A stretch of DNA of 64,000 nt from the human T2T-CHM13v2.0 reference genome, Homo sapiens, in assembly GCF_009914755.1 (NCBI RefSeq), contig NC_060937.1; one strand, given 5' to 3'. Numbering within the stretch: position 1 is the stretch's first letter; the number at the start of each line of letters is the position of its first letter. Below, piece after piece: positions 1-12,895 of this stretch. The notes below the pieces were generated by a model. That model saw only the letters and a list, made by a program, of their open reading frames with translations. It had not been told where the DNA came from and ran no database searches. The position numbers and the translations under genes are program-made.

Positions 1-1294
1 ACATTCATTGATACTGTAATGACATTGCTAGTAATAGTTGAGTTTTATTTCCACTCAGAAACAAATGTTGACCTGAGAAGTGCCTAGCCTAGTCATTTAA
101 AAAAGTGCTATTTCTCTTATTCAATATTATTTTAAATTACATTAATCATTTGAGACATAGCATGCAAAGTTAAGAAATAGAGTAACAGTAATAGGTAACA
201 AAAGGAGTAGGTCTGCATGGAAAATGAATTTTGGCAGTAAAAAATATATTTTTACTTCTATATTATTTTTCTTCAGAAATTAAAAGTAGTACATTGGCTT
301 TTAATACTGCAGAAAATAAAGGAAGACTGTATCTAACACTTTCTATTAATAACCTTTACTAACTGCCTACTGTGTGCCAAACTTTGTTGCAAGAAATATA
401 GAAAAATTGAAGATGAACTCTACATAAAGGCATCTCTTAGGTAAGTTAATAAGAAAAAGAGAAAAGCACACCAAGTAACTATTCTACATGATAATGCAAA
501 GGTTTGAGGTAAAAGCATTGTCAGAACTGATGATTTTCAGTCAAATAATATGTGAGTAGATATATCCAATTAAATAACAATTTGTAGAAATTTGGAACCT
601 AAGAACCCTTTCCCATTATTGTCATATTAGAGTGTAGAGAGATAAATCATAACATTTTCAATGTACAATAGTAGAAAAATAGATATCCAAAATTTTAAAT
701 ATGAAAAAATTTAGTTTATCTATGTAAAATAAAAGTGAAGTTATAAGGATGTGTAGAAATATAAATTATATATAAGAAATCTATAAATTTTCTTATAATT
801 TTTAAACCATCAATACAGAGAGCACGTGATCATTAAAACAATGTTTCAATTATAAACTTCTATTTTTTAATGATTTTCTGTATATAGCTTTATGTATATT
901 CAGTGAAGAATAAATGAATTTGAATCTCAATTTTTAATCTGTGAAGTCACTAATTGAACATGATAGCTTCATGATTTTTTCAAAAAACTATTATATTATC
1001 TTCAGCAATAACATTACTAAGGTACATCAGTCTAGTTCTGAATTGGGCCTAAGTCAATTAAAAAATTTTTTATTGCATTTATTTGAAACTTACAAAAATT
1101 TAAAGAGAGGTGAGTATTTATGTAAATATTTACTCATTAATAAACTTGCATTATCAATAGATTTGTAAGGGTTACTTAGTTTCCATTAACTCATGTTTGT
1201 ATGCACACACACACAATGTATATATTTATTTTAAGTTTATTTTCTAATTTTCTCTTCTCTTTTTTGCATCCTTCTTACTGACTCATCAGTTTAT

Positions 1295-1394
1295 TTTTAT
1301 TTAATTTTCTTCAGAGGAGTAACTTATCTTGACATCATTACAAATTTTATTTAATTTTCTTCAGACGAGTAACTTATCTTGACATCCTTATAAC
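1295..1394. repeat. 50-bp tandem duplication (2 copies)
   Basis: 1295-1340 matches 1345-1390 with 2 mismatches (ttttatttaattttcttcagaSgagtaacttatcttgacatcMtta). Confidence 0.9.
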
Positions 1395-2089
1395 TTGAAA
1401 AGTAACTATTAATAATACAATTTTCTAAGCAATTCTGTTTCTATTGATGGCTCACATTGTGTTTAACCTGAATCTCATCCTTTGCACTGTCTCCATGCTT
1501 TTGTATCTTTTGCTATGAATTCCTGGAGTACCTTTAATCTTGTTTCATTTCACTGGACTTAAAGTTACTCTGGTTTGAGCATGGTTATTATCTTCTCTGC
1601 AGGGTGTTTCTTGAGTCCTCCTGCTATGTTAGGTGGGCACCTGCTGTCCAGCGCATCTCTCTCTCTCTTTAACTCCTATTATTTTTATGACCCTCCTGGA
1701 CGACAGGCTAATACAGAACAGACACTTTGGCTTATCTATTATTTTAGCTTCAGAGCCTAGCAGTGCTAGAAATATATAGTCAGTATCAAATTATTATGTA
1801 TAAAATAACTAAAGATAGTATATTGAGAAGTTATTTTTAATTTCTTTATATTTTATATAGATCTCTCACCCATACTTTTTCACAATATGTCCCCTGTTTC
1901 TTGAATCCAGCTGACATCATTCTAAAATAGATTCTTACTCTCCTATTCCTATATTACCCCATTTAATTTTTTGTGGTTTTCTTGTTCAAGGAATCTTCTT
2001 CCAATCTATCATAGACACTGCACTCATAATAATTTCCCTTGGATGCTGAAGGTTTTAGCAATTAAGTTCAGCTGTGGATTGTTTCATTT

Positions 2090-2345
2090 TAAAGGTTTGG
2101 TTTTTGTTCTGAGTGAGGTAGGAAGCCATTAGAGGGATAAACAGTGATTATGTCCGATTTAAGACCGAAAAGGCTTATTCAAGCTGTGAAAATATAGGCT
2201 GTGGCAAGGTTCAAGTGTGAAAGTAAAGAGTACTGTTAGGATGCTATTTTAATAATCTTGAGGGAAATAATGGTAAGATAAGCCAAGGTGAGACCTGAGA
2301 ATGTGTAAGAAGTGGTTGGGCTTTTTACATCTTTTAAAAGTATAT
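2090..2345 (-). mobile_element. L2 (LINE-2) fragment
   Basis: ttttgttctgagtgaggtaggaagccattagaggg resembles the antisense L2 3' region; boundaries approximate. Confidence 0.6.
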
Positions 2346-2554
2346 CTAGCTTCAGAACTGAGAGGCAAAATATTAACAGGATATTATTAGTGTTTGTGAC
2401 ATAAATAGTTAATGATCAACTAACTCATAATCTACTTTGCTCTTCTTTTTTAATTAATAGAAAACTGGTTTTTCTGGAGTTATCAAAAAAATTTTGACTC
2501 ACCCTTGAGAATATGGTGTCTAATAACTATGTCATTACTTATTAGGGAAGCTAA

Positions 2555-3140
2555 AGTTAAAATTATGAGATTCATCTACACAGCTCTAGAATTTTAACAA
2601 AATAACACAATGCACAACAATGGCGAGTGCTATGAGGATTTAGAGCAACTGGAGCTATTATACATTACTTAGAAAACAGTGTGGTAGTTACTATAAAGTT
2701 AATCATGTCCCACTAATCCAACTCATACTACTAACTTTTGGAACTAGAGCTTATCTTCATATAAAAATGTACATAGATTTTATACAGTTCTTTTGGTAGT
2801 CACCAGTGAGTTGAAAGAACCCAAATGCTGTTCATTTGGTGAATGGATAAGCAAAGTGAGACTTATTCACATAATGAAATAGTAGGTAGTAATAAAAAGA
2901 ACCAACTATCAATACAAGCCTGGGTAACTCTTGAATGCAGTGTGATGAGTGAAGGGATGCAGGTTCAATGAATAAAGAAAGTATGAATTGGTTGATGGCA
3001 GAGGGTCACAAGGAAACTATCTGCTGTTATGGGAAAGCTTTACATATTAATTACAGTGGCTGTTACATGACTGTATACATTTGTTAAAACTATACATTGT
3101 AGAGGGCAAATGTTTTAGTATGTAAAATATATCTCAAATT
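2555..3140 (+). mobile_element. Ancient L1M (L1MD/L1ME-like) ORF2 end and 3' UTR
   Basis: gaggatttagagcaactggagct, aacccaaatgc...ggtgaatggataagcaaa and ggctgttacatgactgtatacatttgttaaaac are typical L1M 3' motifs. Confidence 0.7.
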
Positions 3141-3823
3141 CTGAAATATACATCAATAAATTTGAGATATATTTCACATACTAAACATATTTATTGAGAT
3201 ATATTTCACATATTAAACTATACATTATAAAGGGCAAATATTTTAGTATGTGTATATGTTTCACACACAAAAACATTTGCTCCAAGCCTGATCCTATGCA
3301 TAAAAAGTTGTAATCAAAGCTAGGGCTGAATTTATCATATATTTCTAGTTTTTTAATCCACATATTACATCATGATAAATCAGTTCCAATTTTTGTTTAA
3401 GGGACCATTATCCCAGTGGATGGGGCAGGATAAATAAATATTGATGGGACTGGTAGTACATCATTATCTGCATTGCATGTGATCAAAAAGATCTTTATAT
3501 AATAGTGAATACAGTCAAATTTACATAAAGAAACTTATGGGGTTAATCTTCTAAAATTAAAGATATTTTATCAAATACAAATACCTAATTATATTGTCAT
3601 GTCTTAAATATAATATATATATACATGTATACATAATGTACATTGATAATTATGTAGCAATTCTCTTAAAGGTTGGGTGACTACCTATTCCAGTGTATGA
3701 TTTATGAAGAGGTTCTGACCTTTGTAGGATTCCTTCATGTATTACGGAAATCTTATATAAGTAGTAACCTTATTCACAAAAAACACTTCCTTTACTGTTG
3801 GTTTAAAATACCTAGTTGAGGAT

Positions 3824-4201
3824 TTTATTAGTTCATTCTCATACTTCTGTGAAGACTACCCAGGGACTGGGTAATTTAGAAAGGAAAGAGGTTTAATTAA
3901 CTCTTAGTTTCACATGGCCAGGGAAGACTCAGGAAACTTACAATCACAGTAGAAACTGAAGGGCATGCAAGACACCTTCTTCACAAGGTGCCAGGAGAGA
4001 GAAGTGCCAAGCAAAGGGGAAAAAGCCGCTTATAAAACCTTCAGATCTCATGAGAACTCACTCACTATCACGAGAACAGCCTGGGGGTAACCGCTCCCAT
4101 GATTCAATTACCTCCCATCGGATCCCTCCCACAACATGTGGGGATTATGGGAACTACAATTCAAGATGAGATTTGCTGGGGGACACAGTAAAACCATATT
4201 A
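3824..4201 (-). mobile_element. MaLR solo LTR (THE1C/THE1D-like)
   Basis: Runs t(g)tattag...aaaccatat(c)a with THE1 core (gggtaattta, cagatctcatgagaactcactcactatca); imperfect TSD aggat/agtat. Confidence 0.88.
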
Positions 4202-7200
4202 AGTATGAGGTCCTCTAGTCTACTTCCTTTAGAACAAGTGCTTCTGTGCTCTCTCTTGCTCTTTCTCTCAATGGATTAAAAATTAAGAATGCAGCAGAGT
4301 TTACCCTAGACCCCCAATGCCTTCGACAACTTACACAAGCCCAATATTAAGACAAATAGTGGGATTTAAATTTTGACTTATAAACTATTTCTGTTCTTCC
4401 AGAACAAACTCACTTGCAGTTACTGGATATTTTTGTACATTAAGGTACATATATGATGTTCTTTATTTCTTGAATAATTCTAGATATGCAAAACTTTTAT
4501 CTTCCTATATAATGGTCTTAAAGAACATTACCTTTGCATTAGACAGCACGTTTTTATATCAACTCACATGAAGCATGGGGTATTATTCATTATTTTCATT
4601 TCCTTTTATTGTCACTCATACGATAAACAAGGCATCATCATCTTGTCATTAAAACTTTTTGAAATTGAACTGTAAAATATCATACTTTGCAAAGTCTTCA
4701 TATTAGTACCTTATATATCTGTGACTTGTATATTACTGTTTATATCTATCACTGATTTTTGTTATTTCCTAATTTTGTACTTTTACACAAATTATTTGGA
4801 AGTAACAGTTGTAGTTTTACCTCTAGTTGCTGAAGTACTTTCAAATAGATTATTTTAAATAGATATTAGTTGAACAAATGAACAGATACTTGCATCAACA
4901 TTAATATATTGTAATGTTTTAAAGATAAATTTTGTTAAAATTTATCACCAAGATTGAAACACACAAAATTAAATTAGTATCTGGCCATAATCTGAAAATC
5001 TTTGATTTTATCCTTTTTGTTTTTGTTTTGAAATTTTATTTCACATTAAAGGTTAGATGTTCCTGTCTGTATTTTTCTCTCCAAAGGTAAATGCAAGTGT
5101 TTCTCCTGTAGGAATTCCATTTTCAATAGTTTTCTGGGACATTAACAACTACGACAACTGAAGTGATAATTTCTATTCTTCTTCCCTCTTTGCCTGTTCC
5201 TCCTCCTTCTTCATCTAAATTTGGAAGGTTTACTGATTCACTTGTCAAACTTTGATGACCAATGAAATAAAAATGGAAATGGGCGAAAATATTTTTGTAT
5301 TCATATATCATTATTAACAGACATTTATGATTATTTTTAGATTGCTTACTATTTTTCCTAAAAGAACCATATTAATGGGATTTTCTGTGTATAGAAAATA
5401 GAAAACTTTCTGCCAGTATATCTTGTAAATAAATGTCATAATGCTTCACTAGGCCATAATCTGGACAGAAATCATTCAAATATTGGATGAATCTTAGATA
5501 ATGCCTCTGGCTTAAATATTGCATTTGAACCTAATGTGCAGAAATGTGTGTTTGTAGCAAATGGTTTATGTTATAAGAAAAGAGATTACATTATATGGTG
5601 TATTATTTTCTGAAATATTTACTGAATATGTTTCTTTCTGGGAATGTATAGCCACATAATTTACCTATAGAGAAAAATAAAAGAGAATATAGCAGGTGTT
5701 GAACACCATGTTGTTGCATGCAAAAGAAATATTTACTTACAAATAAATTCTGTTTGCATTATCGAATAGGTTAATTAAGTTTAGTATCCTAGAAAAATAA
5801 AGAGAGATTTTAACTGCTCTCTAAAGACAGAAACAACTAAATCTACAGAAGTTGTCATATTCTTTGTGAAAATGTTCAGTGCAGAGAGGCCTACACTCAA
5901 CCTTTTGTAAGCCAAGCAATCTCATCTGTATTTTAGCAGAAACATCAGCATTTTATAAATTTCAAGGTAAAAAGAGAGTATTGTTCACTCTGCAGACATA
6001 CCAGCAGTAAATAATATTTATTCATATGAATCAATTAGGCTACATTTAAAACATCAACAACCTCAATATTAACTACTTTAGTATTTAAATCCTTAAGTAA
6101 AAACCTTGCATAAAGTCATCTCTTGGTTTTGCTTGCATTCGTACAGTATTAAGCCTATGGAATCTGCTAAGAACTTAGAATATTTAGTATTTCTAAATTA
6201 AAACAAATGTATCTGAAGAACTTTTATAATGAACATGCAATTATCATTAATAGTAATGTAAATTTGTTTTTAAGAATCAATCCAGCTTCCTTAAAATTAT
6301 CTTAGTTTTGGGAAAAAGTCCTTCAAGTATGAATTTTATTTGAAGTTACTTTTACAAAGTTTTTCTATTATATATTACTACTATTTGAGATTGCATCATG
6401 CTGGCAAGAAGGTAAAGAAAAGGGGAAAGTGTAAAATGCTTTTCTATATAAATGACGTACTCTTGTGGCATATAATTTTGGTTAAAAATCAGTTGCAATT
6501 TAAAAAAGCACTTCTAAAATTGGTAAGCAGGAGGAAACTCAGGATGTCTTACATGTTTTGAACACATAGATGAGTAATGATGAATCACCCATAATAACAG
6601 GGAGAGATGATCTTATAACTATTTTCTGCCAGTCTCCCAAGTAATAATTTTTGTTTTATTGTTTATGTTGCTCAGCTTTCTGCATCACATTAAGTGTATA
6701 TCATTTCGCTTTAGGAAATATTAAATGGTTTCACAGTAGAATAAATTGCCAGCTTTCAATCAGTTTTCATAATGTCCTTGACCACAGCAGGTAGTCATTG
6801 ATGCCATGAGGTGTAGCTGAAGTCATATGGGAATTTGAAATGAACTGCATACTGAATTTTAAGAGAAAATACAATTCCTCTTCATATATTTGCAAAATAT
6901 AAAGATGCCTTTACACACCCTCAACAGAATGTTTGCAATTTTCACTGAACTTGTTTCTCAATTTCTCCAATCACATCTGTCTTTTAAGGGGAAAGAGACC
7001 CAAAGCTCCATCCTCCTTCTCCCTGCCTCTTTGTACAACTCATTCTTCCAGATATCTCTGCAGTGCTTTTTAATGCAATAATTGAATTGCTTTTGGTTTG
7101 CAAAAGTAGCATATTAAGGACTGTGCAGTACATACTCTCAGTCCTATATATGAATAGCACTTGGTCATTTTCCATTTCTAATTGAAATGCTATTTACTAT

Positions 7201-8029
7201 ATGAATTAAAATATCTGTGGGATGTGGTAAATAAGCTTTTTCAATGCTGGATATTTAATATCGTAATTTAGTCTACTTTAATCTAATATTGCTTCATGTT
7301 TTCCTTTAGAATTGCATATTTTACTCTTTGCTTTGTGTTAAATTCATTTGAATTCACCAAGTATTTCCACACTACTGAAATGATATGCAAGGTATGCTAG
7401 CAACTTATAACCTAAATAAGCAGGTTAAGCAGGTTAATTGGGTTTTCACTTTCCCAATTACATCCCTGCTTATTTTAGTGAATATTGTTAAAGTATATTG
7501 ATATTATATTAGCATCTGCTATATAATTTTCTTTCATTCATGTGCAATTTGTGGTGTTTGCCCTTTACTTTGGAGAAGCCACTCATTCAAGAAAAATTAT
7601 ATTTAACAAGTATTAAAGCCTTCTTTTCTTCACTTCTCTTTTTCATATGTATCTCAGATCTAATTAAATGTCTAAGAAGGTTGTGTCTCCTGTTTAAACA
7701 ATTGACTGCATACACAGTGCTACCCCACTGGTTTATTGGGCTGAATTAAGTTGTTTATCCATTATCTCTTGCTGGGGCTGAAGAAATTCAAGACAGTATG
7801 GGACCCATAAAAGATGTCACCACTTAATGTCAAAAGCCCAAATAAAAAACATTTGATTCAGTAGATCTTTGTAAGGGTTTAGTATTTAATTTCCATGTGC
7901 AAATGATATCATCTATAATGTTGACACTGTTGTCCTATGATATAAGTGAACTGATCACATAACACAGTTTAAGAGGTATACATTGATTTATGATTTTTAG
8001 CATCGCTTTACTAAACTTCATAAGATACA

Positions 8030-8099
8030 TGTCTAAGCAGCTTACTTTCCTTCGCTCACTTAATTGTCTAAGCAACTTACTTTCCTTCGGTCACTTAAT
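8030..8099. repeat. 35-bp tandem duplication (2 copies)
   Basis: tgtctaagcaRcttactttccttcgStcacttaat twice, 2 mismatches. Confidence 0.9.
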
Positions 8100-8239
8100 T
8101 TCCAGGACATTTTTTTCATTCATTGGTCATCCATGTTCTTTATTTGATATTAGCCCTTCACAGTTGGTATTATTTACCGTGTCTAAGGAAAGGTGTCTCT
8201 CTCTCACACACACACACAAACACACCAAGCATATTATAA

Positions 8240-8810
8240 TGTTGGAGTACAGTATTATGGTAACAAACTGAGCCCAAAGACAATACAATGGAGTTGTTTA
8301 AAAATATGCCCTCAATAACTGCAAAGATGGGGTTCAAATCCTGACTCTTATTTTTACTTGTGCGATTTAAAAAAAAATTTAATTTTGTGGTTAGATGGTA
8401 GGTGTATATATTTATGGGATACAGGACGTATTTTGATACAGACATGCAATGTGTAACAATCACATCAGGGTAAATAGGATTTCCATCACCTCAAACATTT
8501 ATCCTTTGTGTTACAATCTAATTATACTCTTTTAATTATTTAAGAGGTACAATTAAATTATTATTGACTAGACACAGTAAGGTTAAGTAAATTGCTTAAA
8601 ATTACATGACAAATTTGTGGGAGCTAAAAACTTGTATGATTTTAAGCAATTTATTTAACCTTACTGTGCCTTATTTTTCTGTCCTTAATCAATGTCATTG
8701 TAATACTACCTGCCCTTGAGGTACATAGTACCACTCATTACTCTAATAACGAGTGAGTTGTTATATGTCGTTATTAGAAGAAGACCTGCCATTAAGTACT
8801 AAGTCAGTGC
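8240..8810 (+). mobile_element. MIR, interrupted by an L1MA 3' fragment
   Basis: ggggttcaaatcctgactct...acttgtgcgattt resumes as tgtatgattttaagcaatttatttaaccttactgtgcc (MIR core). Confidence 0.7.
8369..8570 (-). mobile_element. L1MA 3'-end fragment
   Basis: gtaggtgtatatatttatggg...ttttgatacagacatgcaatgtgtaacaatcacatcagggtaaat...tccatcacctcaa is the antisense L1MA 3' terminus. Confidence 0.85.
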
Positions 8811-9099
8811 TAGCTTCTATTTATTCTACACAAAATCTTAATGAAGTCATAGCTGTTCTAATACTATACAATATATAAATAATTTGTTCTTGGGATGGTC
8901 ATATATCCTATTATGTTTAGGAAATTTTTAGTTTATCATTGTTTCCAGTGTAACATTGTCTTTGTCTAAACATTCATTCATATGATAATAATTCAGTGCT
9001 GCTTTTTACTCTCAGAAGTGTAAGTTCTTAGCATATGGTCACCCTATGATAACTCTACATCTTCTATGTAGCATGTACTGTTTTTCAGCTTCTTCCCAT

Positions 9100-9990
9100 A
9101 TTTCTTCAGTAAAGCTGTTCTCCCTCAATAAGGTGACTAAAGACTTCATTTAGGCTAATCCCATTTGACATTTTAAAATTCTTATCTTAAACTATTATAA
9201 CATTATGAATGTTATATAGCATATAACATTGCTAATCAATTCCCCATTCTTAAATTCATCTTCCCTCTCAGAATCTGTATCTTTCTTTTTCCTGAATGTC
9301 CATTCTCACTTTCTTTTGTGTGATCCTCTTCTTCCCCTATTTACTATATATTTTTAATTGCTCATAGTTTTTCTCAGGTTCAGTTTTCTTCTCATCCTAT
9401 ATTACTTGTACCCTGGAACACGCATTTATAATTTGCACAGACTACCAATATCGGGTGGTTAATTTTAAACTACTGTCTGCTGATCAGTCTCTTTTATGAA
9501 GTTAAAACCCCAGATATTATGCTGCTCATGTGAATTTACCACAGATATCACAAACACAACCAGTTCAAAATTTAACTTGTCACTCACTTGCTGTGTGTCT
9601 GCTTCTTCTATATTTCCCATCTTGATGTTTCACACCATCATCAATCCAATCCATTAAGATATAAATATGAAAAACATTCATGTATCTTCCTTTTGCCTTA
9701 CTGAACCGAATTATAAAGTGATTACTTTTTGTAAAATATTTACACGTTTTATTGTTTTTTCTTCTTTATTACATTAGGTTGCTGTACATTCTTGCTAGAA
9801 TTTATTGGACAGTCTATAATCTAGTATCTCAGACTATAATGCTGCCATCACATGATACATTTTTATAAATTTCTGCAAGATTTATCTTTGCAAATGTCAA
9901 TGTGTTTATAATATTCTTCTGTTTATGTTTTTTAACTAAATTTCCACTGGCTTCAAAAACCAGTCAAAATGACCCAGCTGGATTACAAGG
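9100..9990 (+). mobile_element. L2 ORF2/3' fragment, highly diverged
   Basis: aaagctgttctc...aaggtgactaaagacttc...gctaatccc...ttcttatctt resembles the L2 RT region. Confidence 0.55.
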
Positions 9991-11199
9991 CTTTCAGCCT
10001 TCCTCTAAATGTACCCTTAACTCCTATTTCTTCAATGAATTTAGTGTGTTGCAACTGTGTGAAAGATTATATGTGTATGTAATCTTATATGTATATATAA
10101 GATTGCTATATATATATTTACTATATATATAACTTCTCAACTCAAAATCTGCAGTCATATTAAAAACAAACTAAATGTTTTTCTCTAATATCTATTTTTT
10201 ATTTTAGTCAATTCAAAAATTAATAGTCTATCTCTTTTCAAACCTCAAAATCTCTTTCTCCAGACTTATTCTTTTTTGCAGACACATACACACTTTTTCA
10301 TATTGGACATGCTGAGCCTTGTTACTTCTATGAGCTTTTACCCCTTAAAGAGCAATCCAGGAGAAGCACAAAAATGTATAGGTCTAGTAGTAAGCTTGCC
10401 TAGATGCTTGGAAGTGATATTTAGTTTTTATTTTACATTATTTAATTCTCTATGGTAAATTATCCTAGAGTGACTAACAAACTTTAATCTGAACGTCTGT
10501 GTTATTGTATAACATATCAATGCAATCTTTCAAAGGGATGGCACAGAAGTGCTTGGTGATGACAGGTTGAATTGAATGAGTAATTTCAGAGGAGATCCTT
10601 TTCATTAAAAATGTACTAAAAATGTACTGAAAATGTCTCCCATATGTCATCAACAGATGCGTTTTGTTGATGTAGTTCACGATAGTCATATTTAATGAGG
10701 TATAAGCATATTTGTCAAACATCAACTAATTGGAAGTTCCCATTATGAAAATTTAATTTTCTCAAAAGACTCATGTTTATAAATTTCCCTAAAGTGTTCA
10801 GTAAACAACAAAACAATATAAATAATCAAAAACATGCCTTTACATCTAGTATACTCAAAAATGTTTGTTGTAGAATTATGTGCTTTTTTATAATTAGTAA
10901 ACTCTCATATATATTTTTAAATATTATAATTTTTTTGTACCACATGGAAATTTTATTTTACATAAATATTTGTTTCCCTCATAAAAATTATATCAACATA
11001 TATCAGTAGATGAATCTTCATGGTAATAAGTGATTTTCAATAATTTTGTTTCTTCAATGATGTAAGAATTTAAGCCCAATATAGAAAATGCCAGCATCAA
11101 TAGCTTAAATTTACTTAGAAAAAATTCTATTACAGAAGTCCATTTTATATACCATCAAAATTATATTGGAATCTATATTTACTTTATGTATATTGTACT

Positions 11200-11527
11200 A
11201 TGCCTTTGAAGAATTACTCAATTTTTATTCCATTTGGTTATGTATGCATGGACTATCTTGCAGAAACAAGATTCTTACACATTGACATGATCACAGATTA
11301 CACGAATGAAAGAAGAAAGAAAGAAAGAGCAAGAGAGAGGGAAGGAGGGAAGGAGAAAGCAAGAGAGAGAGAGAAAGAATGAAAAAAAGAAAGAAAGAGA
11401 GAAAGAAAAAGAAAGAAATAAAAGAGAAAGAAAGAAAGAAAAAGAAAAGGAAAGAGAGAAAAGACAGCTGTAACAACAACAAACTCTAATCTAAGCAAGG
11501 ACACACAGACATTTGAATTTCAGAAAT
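11200..11527 (+). repeat. Left arm of a non-transposon inverted duplication, with purine-rich STR at 11308-11463
   Basis: Reverse complement of 14016-14263; by manual count 12 mismatches over 11200-11312 (113 bp); similarity continues past the STR to cagaaat. Confidence 0.93.
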
Positions 11528-11907
11528 CTTTGCCAAGACCAATGTCTTGAAGGGGTTCCCTAATGTCTTCCTCTAGTAGTTGCACAGTTTCATGTTCTAC
11601 ATGTAAATCTTTAATTCATTTTGGTGTGCTTTTTGTATATGGTGAAAGAGAGGGGTGTAGTTTCATTCTTCTGCATATGGATATCCAGTTTTCTAGAACT
11701 GTTTATTAAGGAGATTGTATGTTCTTGGCATCTTTGTCGTAGAGTTGACTGTAAGTATGTGGATTTTTTTCAGGGTTCTCTATTCTCTTGCATTGGTCTA
11801 TGTGTTTGTTTTTATGCCAGTACCATGCTGTTGTGGTAACTATAACTTTGTAGTATGCTTTGAACTCTGGTAATTTGATGCCTCCAGCTTTGTTCTGTTT
11901 GCTTGAT
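11523..11907 (-). mobile_element. L1MA-like ORF2 fragment (non-inverted part of a twin-primed L1)
   Basis: gaaatctttgccaagaccaatgtc...tttcattcttctgcatatggatatccagtttt...cctccagctttgttc is antisense L1 ORF2. Confidence 0.88.
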
Positions 11908-12760
11908 GGCTTAATGTATGCAAATCAATAAGTGTGATACATCACATTAGTGTAATGTAGGACAAAAACCTTGTGATCCTTTCAATGCATGCTGTAAAAG
12001 CATTCAATAAAATTCATCATCCCTTCAGGATAAATATACTTGAAAAACTGGGTATAGATGGAACATACTTCAAAATAATAAGGCCATATATCATGAACCT
12101 ACAGTTAACATAATAAGAAATGGGAAAAACCTGAAAGCCTTTTTTTTATAAAAGCTGGAGCAAAAAAAATAATTCCTGTCTTTAGCACTTTCATTCAACA
12201 GAGTACTAGAAGTCCTAGACAGAGCAATTAGACAAGAGAAAGAAAGAACATCCAAATTGGGAAAAGGTCAAATTGTCCTTGTTTTCAGGTGATATAATCT
12301 TATATTTGGAAAAAATAAAAGACTCCACCAGAAAGTCTATTAGAGCTGATAAACTGATTCAATAAAGAGTCAGAATAAAAAATCAACATAAAAAATCGGT
12401 AGCATTTCTATACGCCAGCAAAGAACACTCTGAAAACAAAATCAAGAAAGTAAGCCCATTTACAATACCTATAAAATAATAAAATACTTAGGAATAAACT
12501 GACAAAAATAAGTGAAAGATCTCTGCAATAAAAACTATAAAACATTCACAAAATAAATTGGAGACACAAAAATATTGAAAGATATTTCGTGTTCATTGAT
12601 GAAAAAAACAATATTGTTAAAATATCTATACTACCCCAAATTATCTATAGACTCAAAACAATCCCTAACAAACTACCAATGACATTCTTCACAAATATAA
12701 AAAATTGTAAATTTATATAGAACCACAAAAAACTTAAAATAGCCAAAGCAATCCTGATCA
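11905..12760 (+). mobile_element. L1MA-like ORF2 (RT region) fragment, inverted relative to 11523-11907
   Basis: atgcaaatcaataagtgtgatacatcacatt...aaagactccacc...atagccaaagcaatcctga is sense L1 ORF2, ending where the minus piece begins in the consensus. Confidence 0.88.
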
Positions 12761-12895
12761 ATTTTATTTACTTTTGAGGCCAACATTTCATAATGCCCCC
12801 ACTGATGATGATCGGAAGAGCTACAGTCAACAAATACTCATGCTGTTTATTCTTGGATTTCAGTTCCTGGTTCCACTGTTAGCAACTGTGAAATA

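Noticed and set aside
5075-5115. Splice-like signals ttttctctccaaag|gtaaat and ttctcctgtag
   Set aside because: Such motifs are common by chance in AT-rich DNA and no coherent exon chain can be built.
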